Below are positions 10,800 to 21,775 of a stretch of 64,000 nt of DNA, piece after piece. The notes under the pieces were generated by a model. It had not been told where the DNA came from and did no database searches. It saw nothing but the letters and a program-made list of their open reading frames with translations. A program made the position numbers and the translations under genes. This DNA is from an uncultured Thermoplasmatales archaeon. GTDB lineage: Archaea > Thermoplasmatota > E2 > DHVEG-1. Each line of letters starts with the position of its first letter. Position 1 is the first letter of the stretch. The DNA is taken from NCBI GenBank assembly GCA_964347865.1, contig CAYGAC010000067.1, positions 6,592-70,591 on the forward strand, given 5' to 3'.

Positions 10800-11978
10800 T
10801 TATTTATTATAAGATAAGGTATCTTCTTTTATATTACATTTAAACAAATTTTTATCTTTAATATACTGTATATTTTCACTCACAAAAATTGAAGTTCCGT
10901 TTTTCTTTTTATGTATAGTTTTTAAATTAATTTTTCCCTGTTTTTTAATTTTGTTTATTTTCTTTTTTATATCTTCTTTAGTTTCAAGATTATCAATATC
11001 AACTAGATTTAACTTAAGCATTTCATCTTTTTTATAACCTAAAGATTTACATAAATCTTCATTACAATCTATAATATATGCATTTTCATCAAAGATTAAC
11101 ATGCCAACAAACTTATCTTGGGTCAAGTTATCAAAAGTCTTTTTCAAATGAGTGTCATATTTATATTTTGTTTTTTCATTTAAAATATCGCGCATTCTAT
11201 CTTTCATATCAAGCAGTTTATTGTTTAGGTCTTCAATTTTTTCTTTATTCATTTTTGATTCCGTCAGGTCTTTTGCAATACCTCTAAACCCTAGAAAATT
11301 TCCTAGTTCATCAAAAATTGTGTAAAAGCTGGTGTACACATATACATTGTGTCCATCTTTGTGAACCAATTGTGTTTCAAAACTATTATTTACCTTCTGT
11401 TTTTTTCTCACAGTTTTTTTGAAAATATCTTTAATTTTTTTTGATTTATTTGATGAAAGGAATTCATAAATTTCTTTTCCAATTATTTCATTTGAATTGT
11501 ATCCTAATGTATTTGAAATATTATCTGAGCAGTACGTACACACTCCTTTATCATTAGTTTCCCAAATCCATTCATCTATATTTTTTAAAAGAGTCTCAAA
11601 TTTTTCCTCTACTGTTTCTTTTGCCTTAATGGTTTCTTCAAATATCTCTCCTTTTTTTACACCAACTTTATGTATTGCTAATTTTAAACTGGCCATAACC
11701 CTATTTAATGCTTCAGTTAATCTATTTATCTCGTAAATCTCACTCTTATCTATTTTAACATCAAGATTTCCTTTGCTTATTTCTTCAATATTCTTTGTTA
11801 AATTTTCTAGTGGTAAGGTTATAAAGTATGATACAAACAATGAAACAAAGAATGTAACTACAATTATGAGTCCTAGGAATGCTGTTGCAATTTGAAAACC
11901 CTGAAAACCTCCAATAATTCCAACAGGTATCAAAGAAATTGCAAGGCACATAATTATTAATAATCCTCTTAATCTCAT
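10800..11978 (-). CDS. membrane-anchored HAMP + tandem PAS sensor protein (no kinase domain)
   Basis: Two N-terminal TM helices are followed by a HAMP-like region and two PAS-like segments. The gene overlaps the upstream histidine kinase gene by 1 nt. Confidence 0.6.
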   Translation of the reverse strand: MRLRGLLIIMCLAISLIPVGIIGGFQGFQIATAFLGLIIVVTFFVSLFVSYFITLPLENLTKNIEEISKGNLDVKIDKSEIYEINRLTEALNRVMASLKLAIHKVGVKKGEIFEETIKAKETVEEKFETLLKNIDEWIWETNDKGVCTYCSDNISNTLGYNSNEIIGKEIYEFLSSNKSKKIKDIFKKTVRKKQKVNNSFETQLVHKDGHNVYVYTSFYTIFDELGNFLGFRGIAKDLTESKMNKEKIEDLNNKLLDMKDRMRDILNEKTKYKYDTHLKKTFDNLTQDKFVGMLIFDENAYIIDCNEDLCKSLGYKKDEMLKLNLVDIDNLETKEDIKKKINKIKKQGKINLKTIHKKKNGTSIFVSENIQYIKDKNLFKCNIKEDTLSYNK

Positions 11979-13390
11979 CAGTTCACCTTTAAAACCTCTT
12001 TTTCAAATTCCTCATTAGTAATATTTTCACCAAAAATTTTACCAATATTTGTTTTGAAATCGATGGTAGTTGAATTATTTATAATATTTAACTCTCTTAA
12101 TTCATCAATATATTCTAATAAACTGTATTTTTCTATTGCGTTTTTATTTTTTAATTCATCAAATTCAACCATACCCATGGGTCCTAATGTTTGTATAAAT
12201 TCTTTTTTTAATTCCTTTTCTATTTCGGATTTTAATGAGAAGAGTATCTTTATAGGTTCAATATCCTCTATTGGTTTTAATGGAATGGTAAAATTGAAAA
12301 TACTACCCTGATCTAAATAGCTATCAACCCATATTTTACCTTTTTGAGATTCTATTATACCCCGACAAATCGCTAGCCCCAAACCCGTTCCCTCATGTTT
12401 TCTATTTATCGAATCTTCAGTTTGATAAAATGGTTCGAATATTCTTATTTGGTCTTTGGGACTAATACCAACTCCATGATCTTTAACACTAATTAAAATA
12501 TGATTTTTTTTAGAAATTGTGGATATTTCAATTTCACTATTAATATTTGAAAATTTTATAGCATTATTAATAAGATTTCTTAAAACTTGACTGATACGAT
12601 CAGGATCAAATTCGAAAATTGGTAGTTTGTCAACATTTGAAATAAGTTTTATATTTTTTTCATGAGCAAAACCTGACATCAAATCGATTGTTTCTTCTAT
12701 AGTTTCATCAAGATTTGCTTTTTTAAAATTGAATCTTAATCTGGCAGCTTCTATTCTTGAAATCTCTAAAAAATCTTCTATCATCTTACTTAATCGTTCT
12801 GTATTTCTAATAACGATTTCAAGACTTTTTTTCTGTTTTTCCGTAAGTTTTCCAAAATATTGCTCTTTCATCATTTGTATTTGAACGACTAATGGAGTTA
12901 TTGGTGTTTTAAGTTCATGTGATGTAATACTAAGAAATTCTGATTTTGCTTTATCTAATTGCTTTCTTTCTTCCTTCATCTTACCTAAAGCAATGGCACT
13001 CATATTTATTGCATCACCTAATTTTTTAATCTCATCGTCTGTTTTGATATCCACACGAACATTGAAATTTCCTTTTTCAATTTCTTTTGCCGCGTTATGT
13101 AATTTTTTAATAGGTTTTGTTATAGTATGAGAAACTAAAAATCCAAGTAATCCTGCATTTATGGCTATTAAAGTTATAATTATTATTACTGCCGTTTCAA
13201 GGATAAATGATTGTTCAATAAAAGTTTCCAAGCTTGGGTCAAGATAAGAACTAGCAAGGGAATGGTAATAAAGAATTCCAATTGCTGGAGCAACTATTCC
13301 TATTAATAGAAAAAGGAAGGTTAACCTTCTATTTATCTTTCCCATTAGGAATTTTTTTATTTCAAACGGTTCATTATCCAAATAATACAC
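11978..13390 (-). CDS. sensor histidine kinase (TM-HAMP-HisKA-HATPase_c) with extra C-terminal domain
   Basis: H-box ITSHELKTPITPL, N-box LINNAIKFS and G-box GTGLGLAICRG are present. Confidence 0.8.
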   Translation of the reverse strand: MYYLDNEPFEIKKFLMGKINRRLTFLFLLIGIVAPAIGILYYHSLASSYLDPSLETFIEQSFILETAVIIIITLIAINAGLLGFLVSHTITKPIKKLHNAAKEIEKGNFNVRVDIKTDDEIKKLGDAINMSAIALGKMKEERKQLDKAKSEFLSITSHELKTPITPLVVQIQMMKEQYFGKLTEKQKKSLEIVIRNTERLSKMIEDFLEISRIEAARLRFNFKKANLDETIEETIDLMSGFAHEKNIKLISNVDKLPIFEFDPDRISQVLRNLINNAIKFSNINSEIEISTISKKNHILISVKDHGVGISPKDQIRIFEPFYQTEDSINRKHEGTGLGLAICRGIIESQKGKIWVDSYLDQGSIFNFTIPLKPIEDIEPIKILFSLKSEIEKELKKEFIQTLGPMGMVEFDELKNKNAIEKYSLLEYIDELRELNIINNSTTIDFKTNIGKIFGENITNEEFEKEVLKVN

Positions 13391-13567
13391 CTTCTAAAAA
13401 TGGCCAATTATTATCCAATGAATTTAAAGTCAATCTAATATTAAAAAAACTATACATTTCACTACTATTATTCATCTTTTACATCCCATTTTAGATTAAT
13501 ATGAATTTCAAAATTCTAATATGCAAGAATAAATTTTTGTATATAAAATTCTTATGGTCCCTTTACG

Positions 13568-13711
13568 CTATTTCTTTCCAATACGACATTTAACACATAT
13601 ACCATGTTCTTTTTCATAACAATTAGTACATACTAATTTTCCACACAAATGACATGTAAACATAGCACCTGGTTTACCACATATATTACATAGACCCATT
13701 AAATCTGCCAT
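13568..13711 (-). CDS. small zinc-ribbon protein (47 aa), absent from the ORF track
   Basis: The complement translation is MADLMGLCNICGKPGAMFTCHLCGKLVCTNCYEKEHGICVKCRIGKK. Four CxxC pairs are present. Confidence 0.45.
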   Translation of the reverse strand: MADLMGLCNICGKPGAMFTCHLCGKLVCTNCYEKEHGICVKCRIGKK

Positions 13712-13717
13712 TTTTAA

Positions 13718-14428
13718 TTACCTTCCCAATAAAACAAGTTTTTTCTTTAATTCATCCAAAGGTATATTTGTTACTACAAGTGGCATATTCTCTCTCTCCG
13801 CAAGTTGTATTGCTAAAGGGTCAACAGCTCCGGGTTTGTGATAAACAACAATTAGGGGTTTAACGGGATGTATCCTTATGGCAATCATTGGACTTCTTCC
13901 ATATTTAATATTAGTAAAAATCAAAGCCCGTTCTGTATTCCAACCATATAGGTTTGGATAACCTGAAGAGCTTATTGTTTTAATTGTTTCAATCCCATCT
14001 ATAAGAGTAAATCCCTTTATGTTTTTTTTAATGTCAACTTTTTTAGAGGTTAATAGTTTACCACTAATCTCCTCAATAAATTTTTTAACAGATATTGAAA
14101 ATGGATATTCCTTAATATCCAATATTCCATACTGATTTTTGGTAACAAATTGATATTTTCGTAAAATTTTGCTATTGTTTTTCTTTTCATCTATTTTTAA
14201 GAAAGCTTCAATTATTTTTTTTACTGCTAAAATACCTGGTGATTTTCTTCTTTCTGACTCGTAATCACTAATAACACTAGGAGATAATCTTAAAAAATCA
14301 GCAAGTTCAGTTTGAGAGATTCCAAATACAGTGCGCCATTTTCTTATTGTCTTCCCTGGTTTGGGGCTTAATGTAATTTCTCCAGCTATCTTTTCAGCCA
14401 AAATATCTTTAACATTCATAGCAGTCAT
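13718..14428 (-). CDS. XRE-family HTH transcriptional regulator, archaeal COG1395-type
   Basis: HTH region WRTVFGISQTELADFLRLSPSVISDYE. The C-terminal domain resembles the archaeal COG1395 regulators. Confidence 0.65.
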   Translation of the reverse strand: MTAMNVKDILAEKIAGEITLSPKPGKTIRKWRTVFGISQTELADFLRLSPSVISDYESERRKSPGILAVKKIIEAFLKIDEKKNNSKILRKYQFVTKNQYGILDIKEYPFSISVKKFIEEISGKLLTSKKVDIKKNIKGFTLIDGIETIKTISSSGYPNLYGWNTERALIFTNIKYGRSPMIAIRIHPVKPLIVVYHKPGAVDPLAIQLAERENMPLVVTNIPLDELKKKLVLLGR

Positions 14429-14461
14429 AACCTTAACATTGAAGTATCAGATTCTATTTAT

Positions 14462-14481
14462 GCCGATAGGTATATCGGCAA
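14462..14481. promoter_or_regulatory. perfect 7-bp stem hairpin/palindrome GCCGATA-ggta-TATCGGC in the divergent promoter region
   Basis: tgccgataggtatatcggca lies between the XRE regulator (minus strand) and alaS (plus strand). Confidence 0.3.
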
Positions 14482-14556
14482 TATATTAAAAATATTTCCT
14501 TAGGTTTAATAAGATAAAACTTTAAACCTTTTTTACATTCCTGAAAAATTAGTGCC

Positions 14557-17286
14557 ATGATAGACTCAATGCTAAAATCAGAATGTGATCTACAATTTTT
14601 CCATGATAATGGATATGTCCGAAAAAAATGCAAATTGTGTGGTGATTATTTTTGGACATTGGATAGTAGTACAAGTATTTGTGGTGATCAACCTTGCATA
14701 GAATTAAGTTTTATCAATAATCCTATCACAAAAAAATCTTTTTCACTCACAGACGTAAGAAATAGATTTCTTTCTTTTTTTGAAAAACAAAATCATTCTA
14801 AGGTAAGTTATCCTGAAACTGGTAATCGGTGTCCAGTAATCGCACGGTGGCGTTCTGATATTTATCTTACTATAGCATCCATTGCAGATTTTCAACCTCA
14901 TGTCACCTCTGGTGAGGTACCCGCTCCAGCAAATCCATTAGTAATCTCACAACCATGTATTCGATTGAATGATCTTGAAGAAGTAGGGAGGAGTGGACGT
15001 CACCTTACAATATTTGAAATGATGGGGCATCACGCTTTTAATAAAAAAGTTGATGAAATTTATTGGAAAGAAGCTACAGTATCATACTGCGATGAATTCT
15101 TTAGAACAAGTATTGGCATTCCAGGTGACATTATTAACTATAAGGAACAATTATGGGTTGGTGGAGGAAATGCTGGTCCATGTCTTGAGGTAATTGCCGG
15201 CGGTCTAGAGATTGCTACACTAGTATTTATGAATATGAAGGAGGATAGCAATGGAACGATAACTATACAAGGAAAAAAATATTCCCAAAATCCATTAAAT
15301 ATTGTTGATACTGGATATGGTCTGGAAAGAATCGTATGGACCACCAAAGGTACTCCAACTATATATGAAATTGTATTTCCAGAGATTATTAACTTCATTC
15401 TCAATTATACTGAAAAAAATATTGATATTGCACACGTTTATGCCTTAGCTGATCATTCAAAATGCCTTGCATTTATGCTTGGAGATGGTATTGTACCATC
15501 GAATGTCAAAGCTGGTTATCTCACTAGACTTATAATTCGAAGGTCTCTTCGTTTTCTTGAAAAATTAAATCTTAACATTTCATTAACAAAGCTTGTAAAT
15601 TTACAGCTCGAATCACTTCAAAAGGAATTTCCAACATTGAAACAAAGAAGAGATCAGATAGATGAAATTCTGAATATGGAAACAAAGAGATTTGTTGAAA
15701 CGCTTTCAAAAGGTGAGAGTTTAGTTAAAAAAATTATCAAGGAGAAAAAAACTATCGATAAAAATGAACTTATTACATTGTATGATACACATGGTTTACC
15801 TCCAGATACAGTAAAAAATATTGCTAAAAAAGAAGGGATTACTATTATGATTCCAAAAACTTTTGATTCTATGATTGCAGAATTACATTCACACGAAAAA
15901 AAAGAAGAATCAGCGTATAAGGTAAAAACAAATCTTCCTGTAACTATCCCTTTATATTATGAGGATCACTATGCTAACGAATTTGATGGAAAGGTATTAT
16001 GGAAAACCGACACTGATGCTGGAACTAAAGTTATCCTTGATAGAACAACATTTTATCCTGATGGTGGAGGACAACCAGGAGATATAGGAGTTCTAGTTTC
16101 AGATAAAAAGCAAGTATATGTTAAACTTGTTGAAAAAGATGGCCAGTCAATAGTCCATACTACAGATGGTGATTTAGATATCGGTGATAGTGTCCATGGA
16201 AAAATTGATTGGAATCACCGCTACTCGCTGATGAAACATCATACTGGAACACATGTTGTAAACGGTGTACTTAGAAAGTTGTTTGGTGAACATATATGGC
16301 AAGCAGGTTCTCAACTTGGTTTAAATGAAGCACGTTTTGATTTCTCACATTATAAATCTATTACTGAAAAAGAAATAAAGATGATTGAAAAAATAGCAAA
16401 CGAGTTTATCAAAGAAGAGCTCCCTGTTGAGAAAAAAATAATGACAAGAAACGATGCAGAAAGAAAATATGGATTTAGACTGTATCAGGGTGGAGTACCT
16501 CCGGGAAATAAGATACGTGTTTTAAATATTCCAGGAATTGATGTGGAAGCTTGTGGTGGAACTCATTTAAACAATATTAAGGAAATTGAAAAGATTCGAA
16601 TTTTAAAGACAGAAAGAATACAAGATGGTGTAAATCGAATTGTATTTGCTGCAGGAAAGATGGTTGATAAATATCAAAAAGAAGAAAATGAATTTTATAA
16701 TAAAATTGTCAGGGATCTTGGTGTCATTTACACAATAAAAGAAAAAAATAATATTTCTGAACAATTAAAGGAAGCTAGTAAATTACTTTCAGTATCAATA
16801 GGCCAGTTAGATAAAACAATAAATCGATTTTTAAGGGAGACAGGAAAAATCCAGAAAACAACGGTAAATAATCTTCAGGATGCATGTAATCAACTTTTTA
16901 AAGAGTGGAAAAAAACACAGAAAGCAAAGAAAAAAACATCATCAGATGAAATAGAAGTGTTAAAAAGTAAGGCTGAACCAATACCTGGAACGAAAGTAAA
17001 AATTATTGCAGAAATATCCTCATCGGAATCTACTGCTACTGCTGGGAGATTAACCGAAGAATCTAATTATATAGCTCATATTTATGATGGTAATAAAATT
17101 ACATCTGCAGCTTCTGAGAATGTATCAATTGATTTAAGAAAAATTGCACCTGAAATTGGAAAAATTCTTGGAGGAAGTGGCGGTGGAAAACCAAAGCTCA
17201 CACAGAGTGGCGGACCTAAGAAAGAGAACATAAATAAAGCGTTGGAATTGGCCAAGAAATTAACTAGGGAGAAATTAAAAAAATAA
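14557..17286 (+). CDS. alaS: alanyl-tRNA synthetase
   Basis: 909 aa. The class II AlaRS catalytic core is followed by an editing domain with the HxxxH...CGGTH motif (HTGTHV ... ACGGTHL). Ends with a TAA stop. Confidence 0.9.
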   Translation: MIDSMLKSECDLQFFHDNGYVRKKCKLCGDYFWTLDSSTSICGDQPCIELSFINNPITKKSFSLTDVRNRFLSFFEKQNHSKVSYPETGNRCPVIARWRSDIYLTIASIADFQPHVTSGEVPAPANPLVISQPCIRLNDLEEVGRSGRHLTIFEMMGHHAFNKKVDEIYWKEATVSYCDEFFRTSIGIPGDIINYKEQLWVGGGNAGPCLEVIAGGLEIATLVFMNMKEDSNGTITIQGKKYSQNPLNIVDTGYGLERIVWTTKGTPTIYEIVFPEIINFILNYTEKNIDIAHVYALADHSKCLAFMLGDGIVPSNVKAGYLTRLIIRRSLRFLEKLNLNISLTKLVNLQLESLQKEFPTLKQRRDQIDEILNMETKRFVETLSKGESLVKKIIKEKKTIDKNELITLYDTHGLPPDTVKNIAKKEGITIMIPKTFDSMIAELHSHEKKEESAYKVKTNLPVTIPLYYEDHYANEFDGKVLWKTDTDAGTKVILDRTTFYPDGGGQPGDIGVLVSDKKQVYVKLVEKDGQSIVHTTDGDLDIGDSVHGKIDWNHRYSLMKHHTGTHVVNGVLRKLFGEHIWQAGSQLGLNEARFDFSHYKSITEKEIKMIEKIANEFIKEELPVEKKIMTRNDAERKYGFRLYQGGVPPGNKIRVLNIPGIDVEACGGTHLNNIKEIEKIRILKTERIQDGVNRIVFAAGKMVDKYQKEENEFYNKIVRDLGVIYTIKEKNNISEQLKEASKLLSVSIGQLDKTINRFLRETGKIQKTTVNNLQDACNQLFKEWKKTQKAKKKTSSDEIEVLKSKAEPIPGTKVKIIAEISSSESTATAGRLTEESNYIAHIYDGNKITSAASENVSIDLRKIAPEIGKILGGSGGGKPKLTQSGGPKKENINKALELAKKLTREKLKK

Positions 17287-17363
17287 AAGTTAAAATTTAT
17301 TATCCATTTTGACAATTTTCCGCCATAGGTTTAAATAAGATTATTTTTAAAGTATATCACAAT

Positions 17364-18749
17364 ATGAAAGTGGCGAAGAGGAGAATATTGAGGAAAAATG
17401 TACTAAATTATGGTATGGGTGTTCTTATTGCCCTGCTATTATCGATATCCTTCATAGGAGAATCTACTGGAAATATCTCTCTTGATAGTGGTTTGAGTAC
17501 TGATAGTACAAGCATCAACGATGGAAAAGTAGATTTAACTTCTGATGAACCTTCTACAGATACTTCTGTAGAGGAACAAAATGATCAAACAATTGATATT
17601 CCATCCGATTCTACGGACACTTCTTCTCCAGATAGTACAACTAATAAAGATAACACAATAGATCCCTCTATTTCTAAGGATGATTCTATTCTAGCAACTA
17701 CAAGTGATAATACAATAATTGATACACTAACAAATATCATTGAGACAACTAATTACAATGTATCTATTTTAACTCAATTAACAACAGAAAATATCGATGT
17801 AAATAGTGATACTTTGGAATATTGGCTCAATCAGTTTAATCTTACAGATATTGATGAAGAACTTAAAGCAAGATTTCTAACACTTATGGAAAAAGCTACA
17901 TTTATTAAAGAACTTAAAATAAAAATGTTGAATTTACTAACTGATGGTACATTAAATGAAGAAGAACTGAAAATAAGGCTATTGAATTATATCAGAACTG
18001 TTTCATTAAATGAACGTGAGGTTTCCATTGAAGAAATAGCATCCAAAGTTGAACTGGTTTGTGATGATGACATAGTTTCGTGTAAAAAAGCACAAGTTTT
18101 AATGAATGAACTTGATCTAGATACAGGGATTGAAAAAGTTCAATTTACTGCAAAACGAAATCTCTCAAATATAAAAGTTTCAATTATTAAACTAAAACAA
18201 AAACCTGAAGATATCCCACTTCGTTTGAGTAGAAATAAAACTGTTTATCAGTATATGGATATCAAGCTTTTATCAGAAGATGAGTATGTATCCGATGATG
18301 ATATAGAAACACTTACTTTTACTTTTAAAGTAGATCTCACTTGGATATTAGAGAATAATATTGATAAAGACACCATTATCCTTACTCGTTATCATGATGG
18401 AGAATGGCAAAATCTTACGACAATAAAGCTAAGTGAAAATGAAACAGTTATTTCTTTTGAAGCAGAAACACCTGGATGTTCTACTTTTGCAGTTGTTGGA
18501 AGTACACTTGTTGAGATACCAGACCCATATGTAACTGAAACACCTGAAATTCCCTGGATGGTAATTATTGGTGTTATCGCATCAACAACAATAATATTAG
18601 TCACTGTTCTTTTTAAAGCAAGATATATATATTTTGAGGAAAGTCCTCATAAAACTAAGTATGTTTTCTATGAAGGAGACCCACACAAGTTAAAATCAAA
18701 AAATAACAATATCCCAAAAAACAATAATTTTAATAAAAAAGCTAGATAA
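17364..18749 (+). CDS. surface/secreted protein with Ser/Thr/Asp-rich region and C-terminal TM anchor
   Basis: An N-terminal signal/TM segment is followed by a low-complexity S/T/D-rich stretch. A C-terminal hydrophobic helix WMVIIGVIASTTIILVTVLF is followed by a basic tail. Confidence 0.5.
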   Translation: MKVAKRRILRKNVLNYGMGVLIALLLSISFIGESTGNISLDSGLSTDSTSINDGKVDLTSDEPSTDTSVEEQNDQTIDIPSDSTDTSSPDSTTNKDNTIDPSISKDDSILATTSDNTIIDTLTNIIETTNYNVSILTQLTTENIDVNSDTLEYWLNQFNLTDIDEELKARFLTLMEKATFIKELKIKMLNLLTDGTLNEEELKIRLLNYIRTVSLNEREVSIEEIASKVELVCDDDIVSCKKAQVLMNELDLDTGIEKVQFTAKRNLSNIKVSIIKLKQKPEDIPLRLSRNKTVYQYMDIKLLSEDEYVSDDDIETLTFTFKVDLTWILENNIDKDTIILTRYHDGEWQNLTTIKLSENETVISFEAETPGCSTFAVVGSTLVEIPDPYVTETPEIPWMVIIGVIASTTIILVTVLFKARYIYFEESPHKTKYVFYEGDPHKLKSKNNNIPKNNNFNKKAR

Positions 18750-18845
18750 AATTTAATAATTCTGTGATACCTTAATTTCAATACATACATTATCTTAAAA
18801 TATTATTATACTTTTTTTTAATAATTCCATTTATTTATTATACTT

Positions 18846-20300
18846 TTATGTATCCGTTTTTAAGGTGAAATAAAATGTTGTACCCTTATCTTTTCCCATA
18901 CTTTCTGCCCAGATACGGCCACCGTGTTTTTCAACAATCCTTTTACAAATAGATAGACCTAGGCCGGTAGAATCAAACTCATCCAGCGATTTATCTGCTT
19001 TATAAAATTCATCAAAAATATGACTGAGTTGTTCTTTTGTCATACCAATACCATTATCTTTTACTGAAACAGTAGTAAAATCGTTATTTTTACTTGCATC
19101 GAGTGTGATACTACCATTGTCTTTTGCTGTGTATTTAACAGCGTTAGTGATTAGATTATTCAATAATTCGCCAAGTCTTAATTTATCTGCTTTGACATAA
19201 ATTTCTTTATTGACTAGATTATTTAAAGATATATTTTTTTCTTTCAAAAGTGATTGTTGACGCTCGAGAACATTATCAATCTCTTCCTTCAGATTTAACC
19301 TTTGGATATCAAATTTAACATTTGAAGATCTTAACTTTGCTAGTTGTAAAGTCTTGAAAATCAGATCTTTCATGTATTCAACATTACTAGTAATTACTTT
19401 CAAATGTTCCTTAAGTTTTGGATCTTTCTCCTGTTCTGTAATTATTGGTAGTAAACCCACAAGTGGTGTTAGGGGATTTTTTAGATCGTGGCCAAGCTGG
19501 CCAATAAACTCATCTTTTTGACTAAGTAACTTTTTCAACGTTTTATTATATTTTTCAATTTTATCTTTTGATATTCTTAAATCTGTTGTCATTTTATTAA
19601 ATGCATTTGCAAGCTCCCCCAACTCATCTCTAGATTGAATGTTTATTTCTTCATTAAGATTTCCTTCACCTATAACTTTGGTTGCATCTCTAAAAGTAAT
19701 TATTGGTTTAACAATAGCCCTACGAAGCATATATAAGAAACTGAAAATTAGGATGAAAAGACTAATTACAGAAATCATAACAAGGTTTCTAATTTGGATA
19801 TCCAAAGCTCTATATGCCGCATCCATAGAAATAACAATTTCATACGTACCAGCTATTTGTCCAGATATATTAATTGGTGCCAGCATCGTTAATATATGGC
19901 TATCTTTACTATGGTGGGGGATATAAACAATTGCACCTTTTTCATATGAGATATTATTATATTTACTAGAGGGAGTTCCTATCGATTCTTCAAGGGTGGA
20001 AACAAAAATTAGTAATCCATCTTCACCTGGTACATTTATACTTAATTTTAAAATATCTGGATTCAGGGCACTAAAGTTTGAGATATAGTTTTGTAATTTT
20101 ACATTCTCATTTAATTGTTCTTGATTAGTTATACTAGCATCAAGAGCTTTAGAAAAAGAAGCAGCTTTCTCGAAATAAGCATCTTCAAAAAATTCATTCT
20201 GTTGATGTATGTTATAATAGGTCAATAGGATAATAACAAAAGCTGAAATTGAAACAACAAGTAGTGTTAGTTTTAATGAAAGACTAAAGTTAATTCGCAT
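18846..20300 (-). CDS. sensor histidine kinase (TM sensor-HAMP-HisKA-HATPase_c)
   Basis: H-box GHDLKNPLTPL. The HATPase motifs NAVKYT and GLGLSICKRIVEKHGG are present. Confidence 0.8.
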   Translation of the reverse strand: MRINFSLSLKLTLLVVSISAFVIILLTYYNIHQQNEFFEDAYFEKAASFSKALDASITNQEQLNENVKLQNYISNFSALNPDILKLSINVPGEDGLLIFVSTLEESIGTPSSKYNNISYEKGAIVYIPHHSKDSHILTMLAPINISGQIAGTYEIVISMDAAYRALDIQIRNLVMISVISLFILIFSFLYMLRRAIVKPIITFRDATKVIGEGNLNEEINIQSRDELGELANAFNKMTTDLRISKDKIEKYNKTLKKLLSQKDEFIGQLGHDLKNPLTPLVGLLPIITEQEKDPKLKEHLKVITSNVEYMKDLIFKTLQLAKLRSSNVKFDIQRLNLKEEIDNVLERQQSLLKEKNISLNNLVNKEIYVKADKLRLGELLNNLITNAVKYTAKDNGSITLDASKNNDFTTVSVKDNGIGMTKEQLSHIFDEFYKADKSLDEFDSTGLGLSICKRIVEKHGGRIWAESMGKDKGTTFYFTLKTDT

Positions 20301-20352
20301 AGTAAGACATCTATTGAAAACAACAGCGAAGTATTTTCCAATATTGTCTTCG

Positions 20353-20736
20353 CTAGGACTTCCGTTCTAATACTTTATCAATTTTTTTCTTTAAATCTGG
20401 AATTTCAAACGGTTTTCCAATATAATCTTCTGCGATAATACTACCTGTTATTTTACTAGTTTCATCTGCTGTTGCTGTGAGAAAAATTATTGGAATTTTT
20501 CTCCACTCGAAATTTTTTTTTATGGCTTTTGCAACCTCCCAACCATTCATATCTGGCATCATGATATCCAGGAGAATAAGATCGGGAATTTGATTGTTTT
20601 TTAAGAGTTCAATGCATTTTTTTCCATTTTCAACTTCAATAACATTGTAATTTGGATCCAATTTTTCCAATCCATATTTGACTGTATATGTTACTTGGGG
20701 CAAATCATCTACAATCATTATCTTCTTAATGTGCAT
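20353..20736 (-). CDS. response regulator, receiver domain only (CheY-like)
   Basis: 127 aa. The receiver domain signature is IMIVDDLP…DLILLDIMMPDMNGWE…KIPIIFLTA. Confidence 0.8.
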   Translation of the reverse strand: MHIKKIMIVDDLPQVTYTVKYGLEKLDPNYNVIEVENGKKCIELLKNNQIPDLILLDIMMPDMNGWEVAKAIKKNFEWRKIPIIFLTATADETSKITGSIIAEDYIGKPFEIPDLKKKIDKVLERKS

Positions 20737-20880
20737 ACCACCTTCCCTATGATATCATATAAGTATTTAATCAATTTTTCTATTGATATATCATTAATAT
20801 ATATAAGAATAAGATGTAAAAACAAATATGTTCCAAATTTAGATTTTTATTATACGTTACATTATTAAAAAATATTAATT

Positions 20881-21051
20881 TTACGCAAGGGGATTCAAAA
20901 GATGGGCGGCAGTAATTATTATAGCAGTTGCAATGCATGCAGCAATAACAAACCATGGTGGAATCTTTAGTGCAGTTTTTTCCTCTGCATCAAAGTATCT
21001 TATGAGTCCTGCTCCAGAATGAACGCCTTCACCCTTTTTCTCTTTAGCCAT
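20881..21051 (-). CDS. secG: preprotein translocase subunit SecG/Sec61beta (56 aa), absent from the ORF track
   Basis: The complement translation is MAKEKKGEGVHSGAGLIRYFDAEEKTALKIPPWFVIAACIATAIIITAAHLLNPLA. The conserved GLIRYF...K(I/L)xP motif is followed by a single TM helix. Confidence 0.6.
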   Translation of the reverse strand: MAKEKKGEGVHSGAGLIRYFDAEEKTALKIPPWFVIAACIATAIIITAAHLLNPLA

Positions 21052-21191
21052 ATTTTATCACTTTTAATTAATAGTACATACTATCCTACTATTTTAGTTT
21101 TACTGTTGCCTGATTTACTCATATAATAAATCATTATAGCAAACATCTAAATAATGAAGATATATACCTATCCAGAGAGGGTGTAAAGTAA

Positions 21192-21761
21192 ATGAAGGAA
21201 ATAGAATCTCTGACAAAAAAAGCATTAAAATACAAAGAGAGCGGATTGACTGATTATGAGATAGCCGAAGAATTGAATGTATCTAAAGAAACTGCAATAT
21301 GGCTTTTAAATAAAGGTAAAGAAAAGAAACCAATAGGTGATGTTAAAATTGGTTGGCGTTCTATTGGGGTTTATCCTTCAAGAATTGGATTTATTTCTGA
21401 TGGACTATGTGATATTATATTAGAAGAATGCGAACAGATTGATACAATAGTTGGAATTGCTATAAATGGGATTCCTTTTGCTACTTTTGTTGCCGATAAA
21501 TTAGGTGTTGAGCTAACGGTTTTTCGACCGCATCATGAAAAAGTGGGAGCGTTTTCATCAAATTATGCAAGTGTAAATGGTAAGAATGTCGTTATTGTAG
21601 ATGATGTAGTTGGTACTGGCGAAACATTTAGGGGTGCAATCAAAGCAATAAAGGAAAACAAAGGTAAGCCCATACTCTGTATTGCGATAATAAATAAAAG
21701 AACTCAAAATAGTATTAGCAATGTACCGCTTCGCGCCCTTATTAGAGCTAGAGTTATTTAG
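21192..21761 (+). CDS. orotate phosphoribosyltransferase-like protein with N-terminal HTH (GfcR/PyrE-like regulator family)
   Basis: N-terminal HTH (LTDYEIAEELNVSKETAIWLL). The PRPP-binding motif VVIVDDVVGTGETF is present. Confidence 0.65.
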   Translation: MKEIESLTKKALKYKESGLTDYEIAEELNVSKETAIWLLNKGKEKKPIGDVKIGWRSIGVYPSRIGFISDGLCDIILEECEQIDTIVGIAINGIPFATFVADKLGVELTVFRPHHEKVGAFSSNYASVNGKNVVIVDDVVGTGETFRGAIKAIKENKGKPILCIAIINKRTQNSISNVPLRALIRARVI

Positions 21762-21775
21762 CCAAATACTTATAT

